Positions 1 through 10,274 of a DNA stretch of 64,000 nucleotides are shown here, in pieces (within the stretch, counting starts at the first letter, position 1; each line of letters opens with the position of its first letter). Origin of the DNA: a virus (taxonomy: Duplodnaviria; Caudoviricetes). The notes beneath the pieces are model-generated. The model was given only the letters and a program-made list of their open reading frames with translations, searched no databases and had not been told where the DNA came from. The stretch covers positions 32,001-96,000 of IMG/VR virus record IMGVR_UViG_3300043077_000173; one strand, given 5' to 3'. The position numbers were made by a program, and so were the translations under genes.

Positions 1-102
1 TCAGAAATCATTGAAGGAAAGATTCAATCAATGATGGACTACTATCATTTATATAAAAACTCTCTTATTGAAAGATTACGGGATTATAACTTATGTGAGT
101 AA
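1..102 (+). CDS. 3' end of a hypothetical protein (partial; overlaps the 3' end of greA)
   Basis: Frame 1 is open from base 1 (SEIIEGKIQSMMDYYHLYKNSLIERLRDYNLCE) to TAA at 100-102. Confidence 0.5.
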   Translation, partial: SEIIEGKIQSMMDYYHLYKNSLIERLRDYNLCE

Positions 103-538
103 TTTCCCATTCTCTGTTATTAAATTCGAAAATATCACCAGTATTTAAGCCAATCATTTGTCTAACAATTGGTGCTTCACATGATAATCTGCCTTCATTT
201 ACATCAGATTCCCATACACTAACGATTGTAAAACGTTTTAAAACGTGTGTATCACAGTCTTCTATTTCTACTGTTGAACCAAACGTTACTTTATCGTCTT
301 GACACATCGTTTTTTCAAAAACTTGACAATCTTTTAAGATATTGGTCATCTCAAGAATCTTTTTATCAATCATATCTTGAGCTTCTAATGCTTGCATATA
401 CTCTGGATCATCCTCTACAACACCAATGGGTCTAACTTCTTCTATTCTTTGTGTAACACGAGGTCTATCAACAGTCTTTAATACTGCTAATTCATCTAAT
501 AGTCTGGTGAACCCTTTATGTGTAAGCATTATTGTCAT
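65..538 (-). CDS. greA: Transcription elongation factor GreA/GreB family
   Basis: LTxxGxxxLxxELxxLKxxxRPxVxxxI coiled coil, acidic tip (DDPEY), C-terminal VTFGSTV...GRLSCEAPI; start moved to the ATG at 538, which has an AGGA RBS. Confidence 0.85.
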   Translation of the reverse strand: MTIMLTHKGFTRLLDELAVLKTVDRPRVTQRIEEVRPIGVVEDDPEYMQALEAQDMIDKKILEMTNILKDCQVFEKTMCQDDKVTFGSTVEIEDCDTHVLKRFTIVSVWESDVNEGRLSCEAPIVRQMIGLNTGDIFEFNNREWEITHISYNPVIFQ

Positions 539-616
539 TATTCTTATCCTAATAGTCAAAGGGAAAAATGCTTTTAATAACACTTTCCCCATTGTTTTTC
601 ATCGTTTATTTATTTT

Positions 617-916
617 TTACATCTTGTAAACAACTTGTAATGCAGTTTCTACCTCATCCAAATCATTTTTTGACTTTTCAATGTCTTCTTTGTTCTTAAT
701 ATATGCTTTAGCCATCTTTGCAAATAAAGCTGGTTTTACTTTAGCCTCATCGTCTACAGTATTTTCATTTAAACGATCTGCTAACCCTTTATGGTTCTCT
801 TTCATATGCTCCTGAAGATCTTTAATCTGATTCATGCATTCAACAGTGTCATCTACAATCTGTTTAATCGCATTCTTTTCATCTTCGTTGAAGTTCCTTA
901 CGTCAAATACACTCAT
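617..916 (-). CDS. Small helical protein resembling T4 DsbA-like dsDNA-binding / late transcription factor
   Basis: Size and helical pattern (IKQIVDDTVECMNQIKDLQEHMK...KPALFAKMAKAYIK) recalled from this family; GAGG RBS. Confidence 0.5.
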   Translation of the reverse strand: MSVFDVRNFNEDEKNAIKQIVDDTVECMNQIKDLQEHMKENHKGLADRLNENTVDDEAKVKPALFAKMAKAYIKNKEDIEKSKNDLDEVETALQVVYKM

Positions 917-925
917 TTCTACCTC

Positions 926-1249
926 TTAATTTTTAATAACACTATTAATCCATTCTACTAGCTTCTCATAGTTAGTACTAATATCTCTTTCAAATTGCTC
1001 GGCTTTATATTTTTTACTAACCAGAAGAACAACTGGTACATAATTATACCCGAGTTTAGTCATAATGTCAATATTTTTACAAAAATAATAATCTAAATCT
1101 TCGAAAACAAGTTTTTGCTCCATCGTTTTTAAATGCTCGTCAACGTATAAGCATGCAACACACGATTTAGGCATACCAAACTCTATGATAGAAGATTTAC
1201 CAGAAGCTTCTATCTTTTGAAGCTCTTTTAAATCATTTATTTCTTTCAT
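926..1249 (-). CDS. Thioredoxin-like protein
   Basis: IIEF-x4-CVAC (CxxC) motif, later VP motif, 107 aa. Confidence 0.65.
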   Translation of the reverse strand: MKEINDLKELQKIEASGKSSIIEFGMPKSCVACLYVDEHLKTMEQKLVFEDLDYYFCKNIDIMTKLGYNYVPVVLLVSKKYKAEQFERDISTNYEKLVEWINSVIKN

Positions 1250-1442
1250 TTTTTAGCTGTTCCTTGCTTTCATTAAGTTTTGCAAAATCAATGTTTTCAA
1301 GACTTTCTTCAGTATCGTCTCTTTTAACGATCCAACCTAAAGTCTTTTTTCCATTTCCTTTATCAATCCTTCTACGCAAAAAATAGTAGTTATCCCTTGT
1401 GTAATTCTTTAGACTCAAAATCATTTCTTCAAGATTCTTCAT
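1233..1442 (-). CDS. Hypothetical protein
   Basis: ORF with TTAAGGA RBS; overlaps the next gene. Confidence 0.6.
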   Translation of the reverse strand: MKNLEEMILSLKNYTRDNYYFLRRRIDKGNGKKTLGWIVKRDDTEESLENIDFAKLNESKEQLKNERNK

Positions 1443-1495
1443 TTAAAATCCTTAATATATCATTTACGGGGAAATATTTATTCCTCAATATCTGT

Positions 1496-1524
1496 AATAT
1501 AATAGCTGATAACCGATTTGTCAA
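1496..1524 (-). promoter_or_regulatory. Sigma70-type promoter
   Basis: TTGACA-N17-TATATT on the minus strand. Confidence 0.55.
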
Positions 1525-1568
1525 TAAAATTATGGTAAATAGTATCAGAATCATTAAGGATAAATCTT

Positions 1569-2726
1569 ATGGGAAGCACTAATTTTCATCTTTATCAAAA
1601 ACAAAGAGGTCAAAACTACAACTACATTGATCGTGTATTGAAATCATACATTATGCAAGGTGGTGGTATTTTTTATCTATACCCTATGGTTGCGGTTGTT
1701 GGTTCTGACAATGTTGAACACGCTATTGGTGAAAATGGTTTAGTAGTTTCTGATGCGGTTTTGAATGAAAACCCTAAACGCAAATACTCTAGAGAGGTTT
1801 TTGAATTATGGGGTGTTACACAGATGAAAGCACCATCTTGGCAATACGTTTTAGCTGGCTTGACAGATGCAGATTCTGATGAAAAACAACTTATCCTTCA
1901 CTATAACTCGATGATTGCTCAAATTGGTCGTAAAATCATTGCTGGTGATGTTATTGAAATCACTTGGCTAAGAGATCTTGATGTATTAGGCTCTGATAAA
2001 GCACAAAATAAATTCTATCAGGTAACAACTTCTCAAAGATATGATGAGGCTTGGGATCCTAACTACAAATATCATCTCTGGGAACTCAAAATAAAGCCTC
2101 TGACAGCATCTCCGGAATTTTCCGACTTATATAACACTGGTGAAGAAAACGACTTCTACGAGGATTACGGGTCGGCTAATGGTGGCGGTGGTTTGAGTCA
2201 AGAAAATACCACATCTAGTAATGAATTAGCTATAATGGATTCAATTCTTGATGAGGCGGAAGAGAATGGACCTTCATTCAGATTGCATGATGAACACCAC
2301 GTTTATCTCGATGAAAATGATAAGCTATATGTCGAAAATCTATTTGTCCCACAAGGAACAGATGGTATACCAAATCAGTTGAACTGTACTGATATCGTTT
2401 TCGGTGAAGAATTTCCTGAATCATTTGAAGAAGATGGATATTTCTTACGTACAGACTATAATCCTCCAAGGCTTTATAAACGTTTGGTAAATCGTTGGCA
2501 GTTGGTAGAGTTTGATAATCGTGAAAAATGGACTGGTTGTCCAGCTATTCTTCGTTCTCATATCAATAACGACTCAACATTTATCAATGAATCTGATGAA
2601 ACTGTTAAATCACAGCAAAATATCAAAGATTTAGTAAAAGCAAGAATTAAAAAAGAAAATGGTAAATCAAGAGATTGGAAAAAAATTAGTAAAATTCGCC
2701 CAGATGATGTACCAACAGGTATTTAG
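1569..2726 (+). CDS. Neck / head-closure protein (gp14-like)
   Basis: NENPKRKYS and GRKIIAGDVIEI motifs, YFLRTDYNPPRLY; TAAATA at 1536-1541 and AAGGA RBS. Confidence 0.6.
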   Translation: MGSTNFHLYQKQRGQNYNYIDRVLKSYIMQGGGIFYLYPMVAVVGSDNVEHAIGENGLVVSDAVLNENPKRKYSREVFELWGVTQMKAPSWQYVLAGLTDADSDEKQLILHYNSMIAQIGRKIIAGDVIEITWLRDLDVLGSDKAQNKFYQVTTSQRYDEAWDPNYKYHLWELKIKPLTASPEFSDLYNTGEENDFYEDYGSANGGGGLSQENTTSSNELAIMDSILDEAEENGPSFRLHDEHHVYLDENDKLYVENLFVPQGTDGIPNQLNCTDIVFGEEFPESFEEDGYFLRTDYNPPRLYKRLVNRWQLVEFDNREKWTGCPAILRSHINNDSTFINESDETVKSQQNIKDLVKARIKKENGKSRDWKKISKIRPDDVPTGI

Positions 2727-3109
2727 ATCTTTTGATTTTTCTCTTTATATTCAATAGATTGAGTATAATGTTCAACACCATACTTTTTCTTCATGGTTTT
2801 TCTGGTTTTTTCTTTAACATCCTCTAATTGAAAAGGATTATCAACACCTTTTGTCTTGTTCAAGGTTTTCTTTTGGTTTTCATAAACCATTTTTCGGTCT
2901 TTTTTAATACCATATTCGGCTAAAACGTCTTGTAACATCCGTTTATTGTAGTTCAAATAGGCAGACAATTCATTAATAGACATATTCTGATCAATATAAA
3001 GCTCTATCAAATCCTCTTTATAAGGCTTTTCTCTAGATCTTGTTGAACCGTTTGTAATATATCCTAAAGGTTGTTTAGTATAATCTCTTATCATTTGTTC
3101 CACACCCAT
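2723..3109 (-). CDS. KRDY-family DNA-binding protein lacking the nuclease domain
   Basis: RDYTKQPL...PYKEDLIELY, HTH-like segment and KYGVEHY repeats; ends before any nuclease motif. Confidence 0.7.
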   Translation of the reverse strand: MGVEQMIRDYTKQPLGYITNGSTRSREKPYKEDLIELYIDQNMSINELSAYLNYNKRMLQDVLAEYGIKKDRKMVYENQKKTLNKTKGVDNPFQLEDVKEKTRKTMKKKYGVEHYTQSIEYKEKNQKI

Positions 3110-4371
3110 ACTTTATTGCCACAATCGTATATCTTGTAATAGCCCAATTTATGCATAATATCGGCTTCTGATTTTCCAGAATAGCCTTCAAGAACAAGCT
3201 TATGTTTCTGACATTTATATCTTGATAAAACCTCATAATGCTTATTCCATACATAGTTTGGCTCACTTATTCTATCGAGTTTAAATCCAAGCATTTCATA
3301 TAAATTCCCTCGTGTATGAGCAAGATTTGAATAGCTTATAATAGACTCTGGCTTGTAAGTCTTTATAAAAGCTTTAAATAATCTACTAGCAGCACCATTT
3401 ACGGTATAACCTGCTTTAGAACAATATCGTGAAAGCTCCCATTGATACTTTTTATTAAACCTTGGCTTACAAAATGTCATCAAAGACACTAATTCATCAT
3501 TATAATAAAGGCCTAATTTAACATTACTCTTATCATTTCCTTGTAAATGATTTAGCTCAAGAAATTCACGTTTTTCTTTATTGTTAACCTCTTTAACTAC
3601 ACATTTTCTAGCACCAATCTTTATCTCATTGATTTTCAATAAATTATTTAACTGGTTAATGATTTTATCTTTTTTGGTAAGCCATTCATATTCAAAGACA
3701 TGATACAAAAATATCCCCTTTTCTTCAGCTTTTAGTGACTTCTGTTGATGATAATTCTCTTTAACCCTATTCTCGTTATGCCAATAATTTCCATTAAATT
3801 CTACGCCAATTTTAAGCTCAGGAATGTATATATCAATCTCTTGATTTTCAAGATATTCTTTAGTATTATTCTCGGTTTTATAGAATTTATTGATATACTC
3901 TCGTAATCGTTTTTCTTCCAACGATCCGCTATGATTCATCAAATTCTTTAAGTGATAATTTACGATATATCTTCTAGCTACAGCATTCGAAATATTAAGA
4001 TATTCAGCCAATTCGGTACCAGACTCGATGTTATTATCTTTAATAAACTGTTCAAGAATCTCTTTATTATCAAGTATTTCAGAAACACCTTCTCCATAAT
4101 GAATTCTCTGAAATGATTTCTCTCCATACTTGTCTTGTAAAGTATTTTGGCGGATCATAGTAACAGATTCTTTACGTTCAAGGTTGTACAAGTCAACATA
4201 CTTCTTTACATATTTTCTTGAAACCCCTAAATATTTTCCAATAGCGTCTAAAGATAAGCATTTAACACAAAAAAGATACTCTAAATCTTCTTTATCAATG
4301 CTCTCATAACACGCTTTACCAAAAATATACTGTAAAGGTTGTTTAGTATAATCTCTCTTTAAGCCTTCCAT
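3091..4371 (-). CDS. KRDY-family Hef-like homing endonuclease (PD-(D/E)xK plus C-terminal GNAT-like domain)
   Basis: EIDIYIPELKIGVEFNGNYWH nuclease motif; C-terminal NHLQG...WELSRYC...LYEMLGF...IYDCGNKVWVW. Confidence 0.75.
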   Translation of the reverse strand: MEGLKRDYTKQPLQYIFGKACYESIDKEDLEYLFCVKCLSLDAIGKYLGVSRKYVKKYVDLYNLERKESVTMIRQNTLQDKYGEKSFQRIHYGEGVSEILDNKEILEQFIKDNNIESGTELAEYLNISNAVARRYIVNYHLKNLMNHSGSLEEKRLREYINKFYKTENNTKEYLENQEIDIYIPELKIGVEFNGNYWHNENRVKENYHQQKSLKAEEKGIFLYHVFEYEWLTKKDKIINQLNNLLKINEIKIGARKCVVKEVNNKEKREFLELNHLQGNDKSNVKLGLYYNDELVSLMTFCKPRFNKKYQWELSRYCSKAGYTVNGAASRLFKAFIKTYKPESIISYSNLAHTRGNLYEMLGFKLDRISEPNYVWNKHYEVLSRYKCQKHKLVLEGYSGKSEADIMHKLGYYKIYDCGNKVWVWNK

Positions 4372-5789
4372 ACCCAAATCTTTCTACCACAGTTATATAT
4401 CTTATAATAGCCTTCTTTAATCATTTTGTCAACATCTTCGTCATCAGATCTTTTAACAACCATTCCGCTTTTAAACCATATATAATCAGGTTCTTCTAAA
4501 CCATTTAACTCAAACCCTAATTGAGTATATACTTCATCTTTTTCTTTACCAATACTTGAATAGCTTATAATAGTCTTTGGCTTGTAAGACTCTATAAAAG
4601 CTTTAAAAAGTATTTCTCCGGAAGATAGATTATAGCCATCTTTTACCCAATATTCCGCTAATTCATATTCATAAACAGCTGACTTACAAAATTTCATAAA
4701 TGCTGTCAGTTCATCATTTTTATAAGCATTTACAACTACATCGTTTCCATCAAATACTTTAACCGTCAAATCATTTTCATCTATCGTTTCCTCATCGATT
4801 TTCAATAAATGATTTAACTCATGAAGTATTTTTAAACGATTTGTGTTCCATTCATACTCAAATATGTGATAAATGAATATACCCTTTTCTTCTGCAAGCA
4901 AAGATTTTTCTTGATGATAATTTTTAGGTTTAGCATATTCATTATGATAGAAATTACCATTAAATTCTACACCTATTTTAAGTTCTGGTATATAAATGTC
5001 AATTTCTCTTGATTTTAAATATTTGCGAGTATTATTTTCAGTTTCATAATATTGGTTTATATAATCTCTTATACATTTTTCTGGTATTGATTTAGAATAA
5101 TCAAATAGATAATACCAATTATTTTTATTAATGATAAGCCACATTGTTCGATAGCGTATATTCAATTTTGTTGATAAATCTTTGATATTCAATACTTTAT
5201 TATCAATTATGTATTGTAAAAGTTTATCTTCATGCTCTAATAAATCCCTCTGTTCTTCAGAGTAATCCTTACACATATAAATCTTTGACCCATATCTTTT
5301 TAAGCATGTATCTTGATTTTTTTTGGTATTATTGTAGTTCTCATTTCCATACTTTTTAAACTTTGTGTTCTTAACTTTTTCTAAAAAATCAGTCGTCTGA
5401 GAATAATATTCCGTACCATATTTCTCCCTTAAAGTGTTCTTTGATTTTTCTTTTACACCTTCTCGTTGAAAAACATTAGTAATACCTTCATTTTTCAATA
5501 AGTTCTTTTTAAGATTTTCTTTAATCTTTTTCGTATCTTTTCTAATACCAAGTTTTTTAAATGCTTTCATTAACCCAGACTCACTTCTGTCAAATACGAT
5601 ACTTGCATCTTCTCTAAGCATATTAAGCTCTATATACAAATATTGTACATCCTCTTTATACGGAAGTTCTTTTCGTATACCACCATGATCGTTTCGTGGG
5701 ATTATTTTTAATGGGTTTATAGCATAGTTTCTTTTTAATCTTGATGTATCAACTCCATATTCATCAAATATTTCTTGTATGGTTTTCAT
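4359..5789 (-). CDS. KRDY-family Hef-like homing endonuclease
   Basis: KRNY..NPL..PYKED N-terminus, KYG repeats, EIDIYIPELKIGVEFNGNFYH, degenerate C-terminal domain; TAAATA at 5814-5819 and GGAGG RBS. Confidence 0.75.
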   Translation of the reverse strand: MKTIQEIFDEYGVDTSRLKRNYAINPLKIIPRNDHGGIRKELPYKEDVQYLYIELNMLREDASIVFDRSESGLMKAFKKLGIRKDTKKIKENLKKNLLKNEGITNVFQREGVKEKSKNTLREKYGTEYYSQTTDFLEKVKNTKFKKYGNENYNNTKKNQDTCLKRYGSKIYMCKDYSEEQRDLLEHEDKLLQYIIDNKVLNIKDLSTKLNIRYRTMWLIINKNNWYYLFDYSKSIPEKCIRDYINQYYETENNTRKYLKSREIDIYIPELKIGVEFNGNFYHNEYAKPKNYHQEKSLLAEEKGIFIYHIFEYEWNTNRLKILHELNHLLKIDEETIDENDLTVKVFDGNDVVVNAYKNDELTAFMKFCKSAVYEYELAEYWVKDGYNLSSGEILFKAFIESYKPKTIISYSSIGKEKDEVYTQLGFELNGLEEPDYIWFKSGMVVKRSDDEDVDKMIKEGYYKIYNCGRKIWVWKA

Positions 5790-5846
5790 AATACCTCCGT
5801 ATTCGTTTGGATATATTTATACCATATTTATGTTCATATTACAAAT

Positions 5847-5878
5847 AAAAAAAGAGAGTGAATTTCTTCACTCTCTTA
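5847..5878 (-). terminator. Intrinsic terminator after the major capsid gene
   Basis: AAGAGAGTGAA / TTCACTCTCTT stem followed by a U-tract on the minus strand. Confidence 0.8.
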
Positions 5879-5899
5879 TAAGTCTTTCTCTTACAGCTA

Positions 5900-7087
5900 T
5901 TAGATGAAGCGTAAGTTCTGAACTTTAATGCGAGCCAAATAATCAGCTGCGTTGCCCAAACTGCTAGCTGGGTTTGTTAGAGCTTTGAAGCCATAACGAG
6001 TAACCATACCCATAACATTTTCAAATGTATTAGGATCAATCAATGTACCAGAACACATTACTGGAATGTAAGGACAATAGTAAGCAGGAGCATCAATCTC
6101 GTTGTCACCCTTATAGCCCATTAGAATATCGTCATCAGTAGCATATGTGTTTACATAAACTTTGATAGCACCATTCAAAACACCAAGCTGTTTGTTGTTA
6201 GTTGGAGCTTCAAACTTACCTTCAGTTGTACGAACGAACTGAGAAGCACCAGCAGACTGTAAAACAGAAAGAACAGCGTGGTTTACAACAGCCCAGTTAG
6301 CTGTCGATTTGCGAATCTTACGAGCGATTTCGTTACCGCAACGGTTCATCAATGCAGCTAGAGAAGCATGTTCATCAACGACTGAAACTGCAACACCTGA
6401 TGTCTTGTTCTGATCATAAACAGCCATTGGCATACCAGCAATACTGCGTAATTTAGCAAGAATTTCTTGGTCGATATCAAGAACGATCTGCTGAGCTAAT
6501 GATGTAGAAAGTTCCTGTTCGATGTTTGCACCATACTGTGATTCAGCGTCCTGCATAGCTTCAAGTGTGAAGCGAGCTTTCAAACGACGTGTACCAGCTT
6601 TAACATCTTCTTTAATGAATTCAACGGAAATATCGTTACCGCCTGTACCTTCAAGAACAGCTGTATCAGCAGCACCTGGATTTTCCATATCTTCGTTACC
6701 TGAATACCAAGCACCAACCAAGAATGGGGACATAGCTTCCTGACCAGCAATGATACCTTTACCATTTACTGGAGAAGTTGTAGCATAACGAATACGCATT
6801 GTTGTGATTAGGCCAGCAGGACCTGTTAGAGGCTGAACACCAACTAATTCGTGAGCCATAACAGTTGGCATAACACGTTTAATTAAAGGCATCATAACCT
6901 TGTTGATAAGAGCAACGTTAGCAGCAACAGTTGAGCCACCAGTAGCATGCTCTTTTAAGAGTTCACGACGTGTATTTTCTAATACAGTCTCTGTAATTGC
7001 ACGGCGAGAAGCAGATTTGATGTCGGCACAAAGACCAGACTTCATTTTGTTCCAAGCAACGGCATTTTCTAATATAATATTAGCCAT
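5900..7087 (-). CDS. Major capsid protein (T4 gp23-like)
   Basis: VGVQPLTGPAGLI, TRRLKARFTLEAMQD, YCPYIP, GMVTRYG signatures. Confidence 0.95.
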   Translation of the reverse strand: MANIILENAVAWNKMKSGLCADIKSASRRAITETVLENTRRELLKEHATGGSTVAANVALINKVMMPLIKRVMPTVMAHELVGVQPLTGPAGLITTMRIRYATTSPVNGKGIIAGQEAMSPFLVGAWYSGNEDMENPGAADTAVLEGTGGNDISVEFIKEDVKAGTRRLKARFTLEAMQDAESQYGANIEQELSTSLAQQIVLDIDQEILAKLRSIAGMPMAVYDQNKTSGVAVSVVDEHASLAALMNRCGNEIARKIRKSTANWAVVNHAVLSVLQSAGASQFVRTTEGKFEAPTNNKQLGVLNGAIKVYVNTYATDDDILMGYKGDNEIDAPAYYCPYIPVMCSGTLIDPNTFENVMGMVTRYGFKALTNPASSLGNAADYLARIKVQNLRFI

Positions 7088-7109
7088 TAAAAATTTCTCC
7101 TATTTTAAG

Positions 7110-8375
7110 TTAAATTAATTTACTGTTCGCAATAATCTTGGAAATCTCTGCGTCAACGTCAAGACCGCCCATATCCTCTACATTCATTGCAACCTTATTT
7201 GTGTTATTTCCTGTTAAATAAACAGGTTTCTTGCTTTCTTTTAAAACGCTTTCACCTTTATTTATAACAGATTTTGTAGAATTGCTTAAAATCATAGGAA
7301 TATACTTCTTTACAGACTCGTTTAATTTTTCTGTAGGAACTTCTTTCACTAAGTTTTTAATCATATCTTGTTTGTCTTTTGCTAAATGACCAATGGATTC
7401 ATTGATAATCTTTGCTCTTACAAGCTTGTCATTTACAGCTTTTAATTGTTTGTTTTCGTTAAGAGCTTTAGTAGCCTTTTCTTCCAATACTTTATTAGAA
7501 TGAAGTAACTTATTCTGATTTGCTTTAACAGATTCTAACAAACCGTTTACAACCTTATTCTCGTTAAAGAATTTAACAGCAAATTCTTTTGCAAATGCTT
7601 CAAAAATCTTTGAACCAAAGGATTTCTTACGGTTGTCAGCAATCTCTTTACGAAATTCTGTAATCTCACGATTCATTGTTTCGTTTACAAACTTTTCCAT
7701 TTTATCAGCAGCGTTGTTGTAAAATTTCTGCTTGGCTTTTGAAAGCTTTTCAGCAGATTCTTTAACTAAACGTACACGTAAAGCATCTAGAGATTTCATC
7801 TCATCTTTATGCTCTTTAACGTTTGCTTTAACCTGTTCAGAAATGAATTTACCAAACTTTTCAATGGATTCAGCAAATTGTTTCTTGTCATCTTTAAATT
7901 CCATAACTTGCTTTTTAACAGTTTCATTAATAAACTGTGAAGCTTTTGTTACAAAATCATCTTTTTTAGCTTCATAAGATGCTTTTAATGATTCTTGTAA
8001 TTGAGCCAATTTTTTATTAAATGATTCTTTAATAACTGCTTCTTTATCAGCAAGTAATTTATCTAAAGATTTCTGAGCTTCTTGTAGTTTCAATTTTTCT
8101 TTAATCAAGTTCTTTCTGTGAAGATCAATTTTCTTCATTTCTTCTGAAATAACATTGTTTGTAAGAGTGTTCATTGATTCTACAATACGTTCTTTATCAG
8201 CTTTTGCCTGCTTTGAAAGTTCTTCGTAAACTTCTTGACGTACGTCTTGACGAATTTGTGATACTTTTTCTTTCATAAGAGCATTAAAAGCATTCTTAAC
8301 ATCAGCAGTAGCATTGTTACCTAAGCATTCTAATAACTTGGCATTCAATTCTCTATCTGTTAATTTTGTAGCCAT
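7110..8375 (-). CDS. Prohead scaffolding protein (gp22-like)
   Basis: Long coiled coil between protease and capsid genes; FGSKIFEAFAKEF motif. Confidence 0.8.
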   Translation of the reverse strand: MATKLTDRELNAKLLECLGNNATADVKNAFNALMKEKVSQIRQDVRQEVYEELSKQAKADKERIVESMNTLTNNVISEEMKKIDLHRKNLIKEKLKLQEAQKSLDKLLADKEAVIKESFNKKLAQLQESLKASYEAKKDDFVTKASQFINETVKKQVMEFKDDKKQFAESIEKFGKFISEQVKANVKEHKDEMKSLDALRVRLVKESAEKLSKAKQKFYNNAADKMEKFVNETMNREITEFRKEIADNRKKSFGSKIFEAFAKEFAVKFFNENKVVNGLLESVKANQNKLLHSNKVLEEKATKALNENKQLKAVNDKLVRAKIINESIGHLAKDKQDMIKNLVKEVPTEKLNESVKKYIPMILSNSTKSVINKGESVLKESKKPVYLTGNNTNKVAMNVEDMGGLDVDAEISKIIANSKLI

Positions 8376-8391
8376 TTTTTATTCTCCTAAA

Positions 8392-9063
8392 TTATTTGTA
8401 ACTCCAAGACCTGAACCAACTAACAATATCATCATTTAACTGTTGTTCATATCTCTTTGAATTACCATATATATAATCCGCTGCACTGTTATACAAGTGC
8501 TGTCCTTTTCCACCTTGAAACTTCTCATATACAGGTGTCGGACGAGCATCTTGGGCTGAAGGTGTTGCAACAATATCAACAGTGATGATCTTGAAGTCAG
8601 AAACTTCACCAGTGTAATCATCAACGTTACCTGAACCTCTGGAGCTTACTCCTAATGGAACTCCGTCCATGAGTAACCCTTCAACAATTTTTCCTGATGG
8701 AGTGCTTGATAATATTTTCATATCACCTACACCATTATATCCATCCATATGAATTTCCGTAATCATATGCGAAACATTATGTGCATTAATGACTAATGTA
8801 TCTGGGTGATCTAGTTCACCTAATACACCACCATAGCTTTTGATCTGTTCATTCAAATCATCTAATGCACTTTCAATCTCGTGTTTTGGGTAGATACGAC
8901 CATTAAGATTCTGTTTTTCACTTTGAACGAATATCCCTTTCAAGTGCCAATTCTTGCGTTTATTACCACGTTCATCAACGAACTCAGTCTGGTCAGGCAT
9001 TAATTTTGCCTGACCGTTACTGATATATTCTTGAAGAATCAATGGGGATTTATTATCTACCAT
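8392..9063 (-). CDS. Prohead protease (gp21-like)
   Basis: LKGIFVQ..N.NGRIYP, GELDHP, GVSSRGSG, DIVATPS. Confidence 0.95.
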   Translation of the reverse strand: MVDNKSPLILQEYISNGQAKLMPDQTEFVDERGNKRKNWHLKGIFVQSEKQNLNGRIYPKHEIESALDDLNEQIKSYGGVLGELDHPDTLVINAHNVSHMITEIHMDGYNGVGDMKILSSTPSGKIVEGLLMDGVPLGVSSRGSGNVDDYTGEVSDFKIITVDIVATPSAQDARPTPVYEKFQGGKGQHLYNSAADYIYGNSKRYEQQLNDDIVSWFRSWSYK

Positions 9064-9078
9064 TCTTCCTTCCTTCTA

Positions 9079-10125
9079 TTATTTGTCTAATAAAGATTTG
9101 CTTGTAGCAGCTTTATTAGCAGGTTTTTCTTGCTTATGCCAAGATTTAACACCCTTATTTTCATAAGAGCTCATTTTAACCTTTGATGAAGGAGCTTTAC
9201 CCTGTGAAACTGTATAATCAACTGCTAAACCAGCTTTGTTATCCATCTTCATACCAGGTAATTTACCAAAGTTCATAGAACTATTTTTCTTAACGCCTTC
9301 TTCTTCAGAGGTCATTTTTTTACGAGGATCAGCAATGTTTGTGAAAGATTCTTCAACAGCTTCTTTCTCATCACCTTCAATACCCTCTAATTCATCAATT
9401 AGAGCATTTAGATCTTCAGCAGTGTATTTGATGTCGTCAATAACTTCATCTTCACCACGTTGAACATCTTCATAGCTGCCTTCTTCGCCGTCAGCTGTAT
9501 CTGCAACAGGAGCATCAGCAGGTTCAGCACCTTCTGTTCCTTCTTCATCAGCTTCACCAATCATATCATCAGCATTTTCTGCTTCATCAGATGTGAATTC
9601 TTCATCATCAGCAACATCTTCATCTTCAGAAACTTCATCACCGTTGATAGCTGCTGAAATTTCATCGAATAGATCTGCAACTTCGTCAGAAAGTTCGCCA
9701 GCCATTTCAAATTCGCCACGAAGTTCTTCAAGAGCAACAGCACCATCTTCTTTGAGATCTTCACCTTCACCATCTTCGGCGAGTTTCAATTCATCAAGAA
9801 CGTTACGAACATCATCAAATTTGGCAGAAATTTCGTCTGTCATTTCAGCAGGGAACTTGTCAGCTAACTCGTCAACAGCGTTCTGTGCTTGTGTAAATTT
9901 TTCTTCAGAATCTGAACCGATTTCATCAGTAATTTCATTGTTGAAATCATCACCCATATCTGAAACTTCAAAATCTTCGTCAGCAGCTTCTAAAAGAGCA
10001 TAGCTACTTTTGGCGGCTAGATCCATGTGACGTTTAAGTAAGCGTTCAGCTTTCTTAACATCGTTTTCAGAAACTAGAGCATCAAAAGCTTCTGCTAACA
10101 ATTTTTTGTTTAAGTTATTAGACAT
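9079..10125 (-). CDS. Highly acidic prohead core / internal protein
   Basis: D/E-rich, first gene of the head operon, LxE motifs. Confidence 0.6.
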   Translation of the reverse strand: MSNNLNKKLLAEAFDALVSENDVKKAERLLKRHMDLAAKSSYALLEAADEDFEVSDMGDDFNNEITDEIGSDSEEKFTQAQNAVDELADKFPAEMTDEISAKFDDVRNVLDELKLAEDGEGEDLKEDGAVALEELRGEFEMAGELSDEVADLFDEISAAINGDEVSEDEDVADDEEFTSDEAENADDMIGEADEEGTEGAEPADAPVADTADGEEGSYEDVQRGEDEVIDDIKYTAEDLNALIDELEGIEGDEKEAVEESFTNIADPRKKMTSEEEGVKKNSSMNFGKLPGMKMDNKAGLAVDYTVSQGKAPSSKVKMSSYENKGVKSWHKQEKPANKAATSKSLLDK

Positions 10126-10167
10126 AAATACATCTCCTTAAATGTTTTATAAAAAATGTTCTATGTG

Positions 10168-10175
10168 TATTTATA
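10168..10175 (-). promoter_or_regulatory. T4-type late promoter TATAAATA (head operon)
   Basis: Exact TATAAATA about 45 nt upstream of the 10125 start. Confidence 0.75.
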
Positions 10176-10274
10176 CAAGGATAGCTTTATTCATTGTTTT
10201 AGAAGTTTTTACACAAAAAATACCCCAAAATATTTTCGGAGTATTTTGAATTAAAATATTGACAAAGTCTAGGT

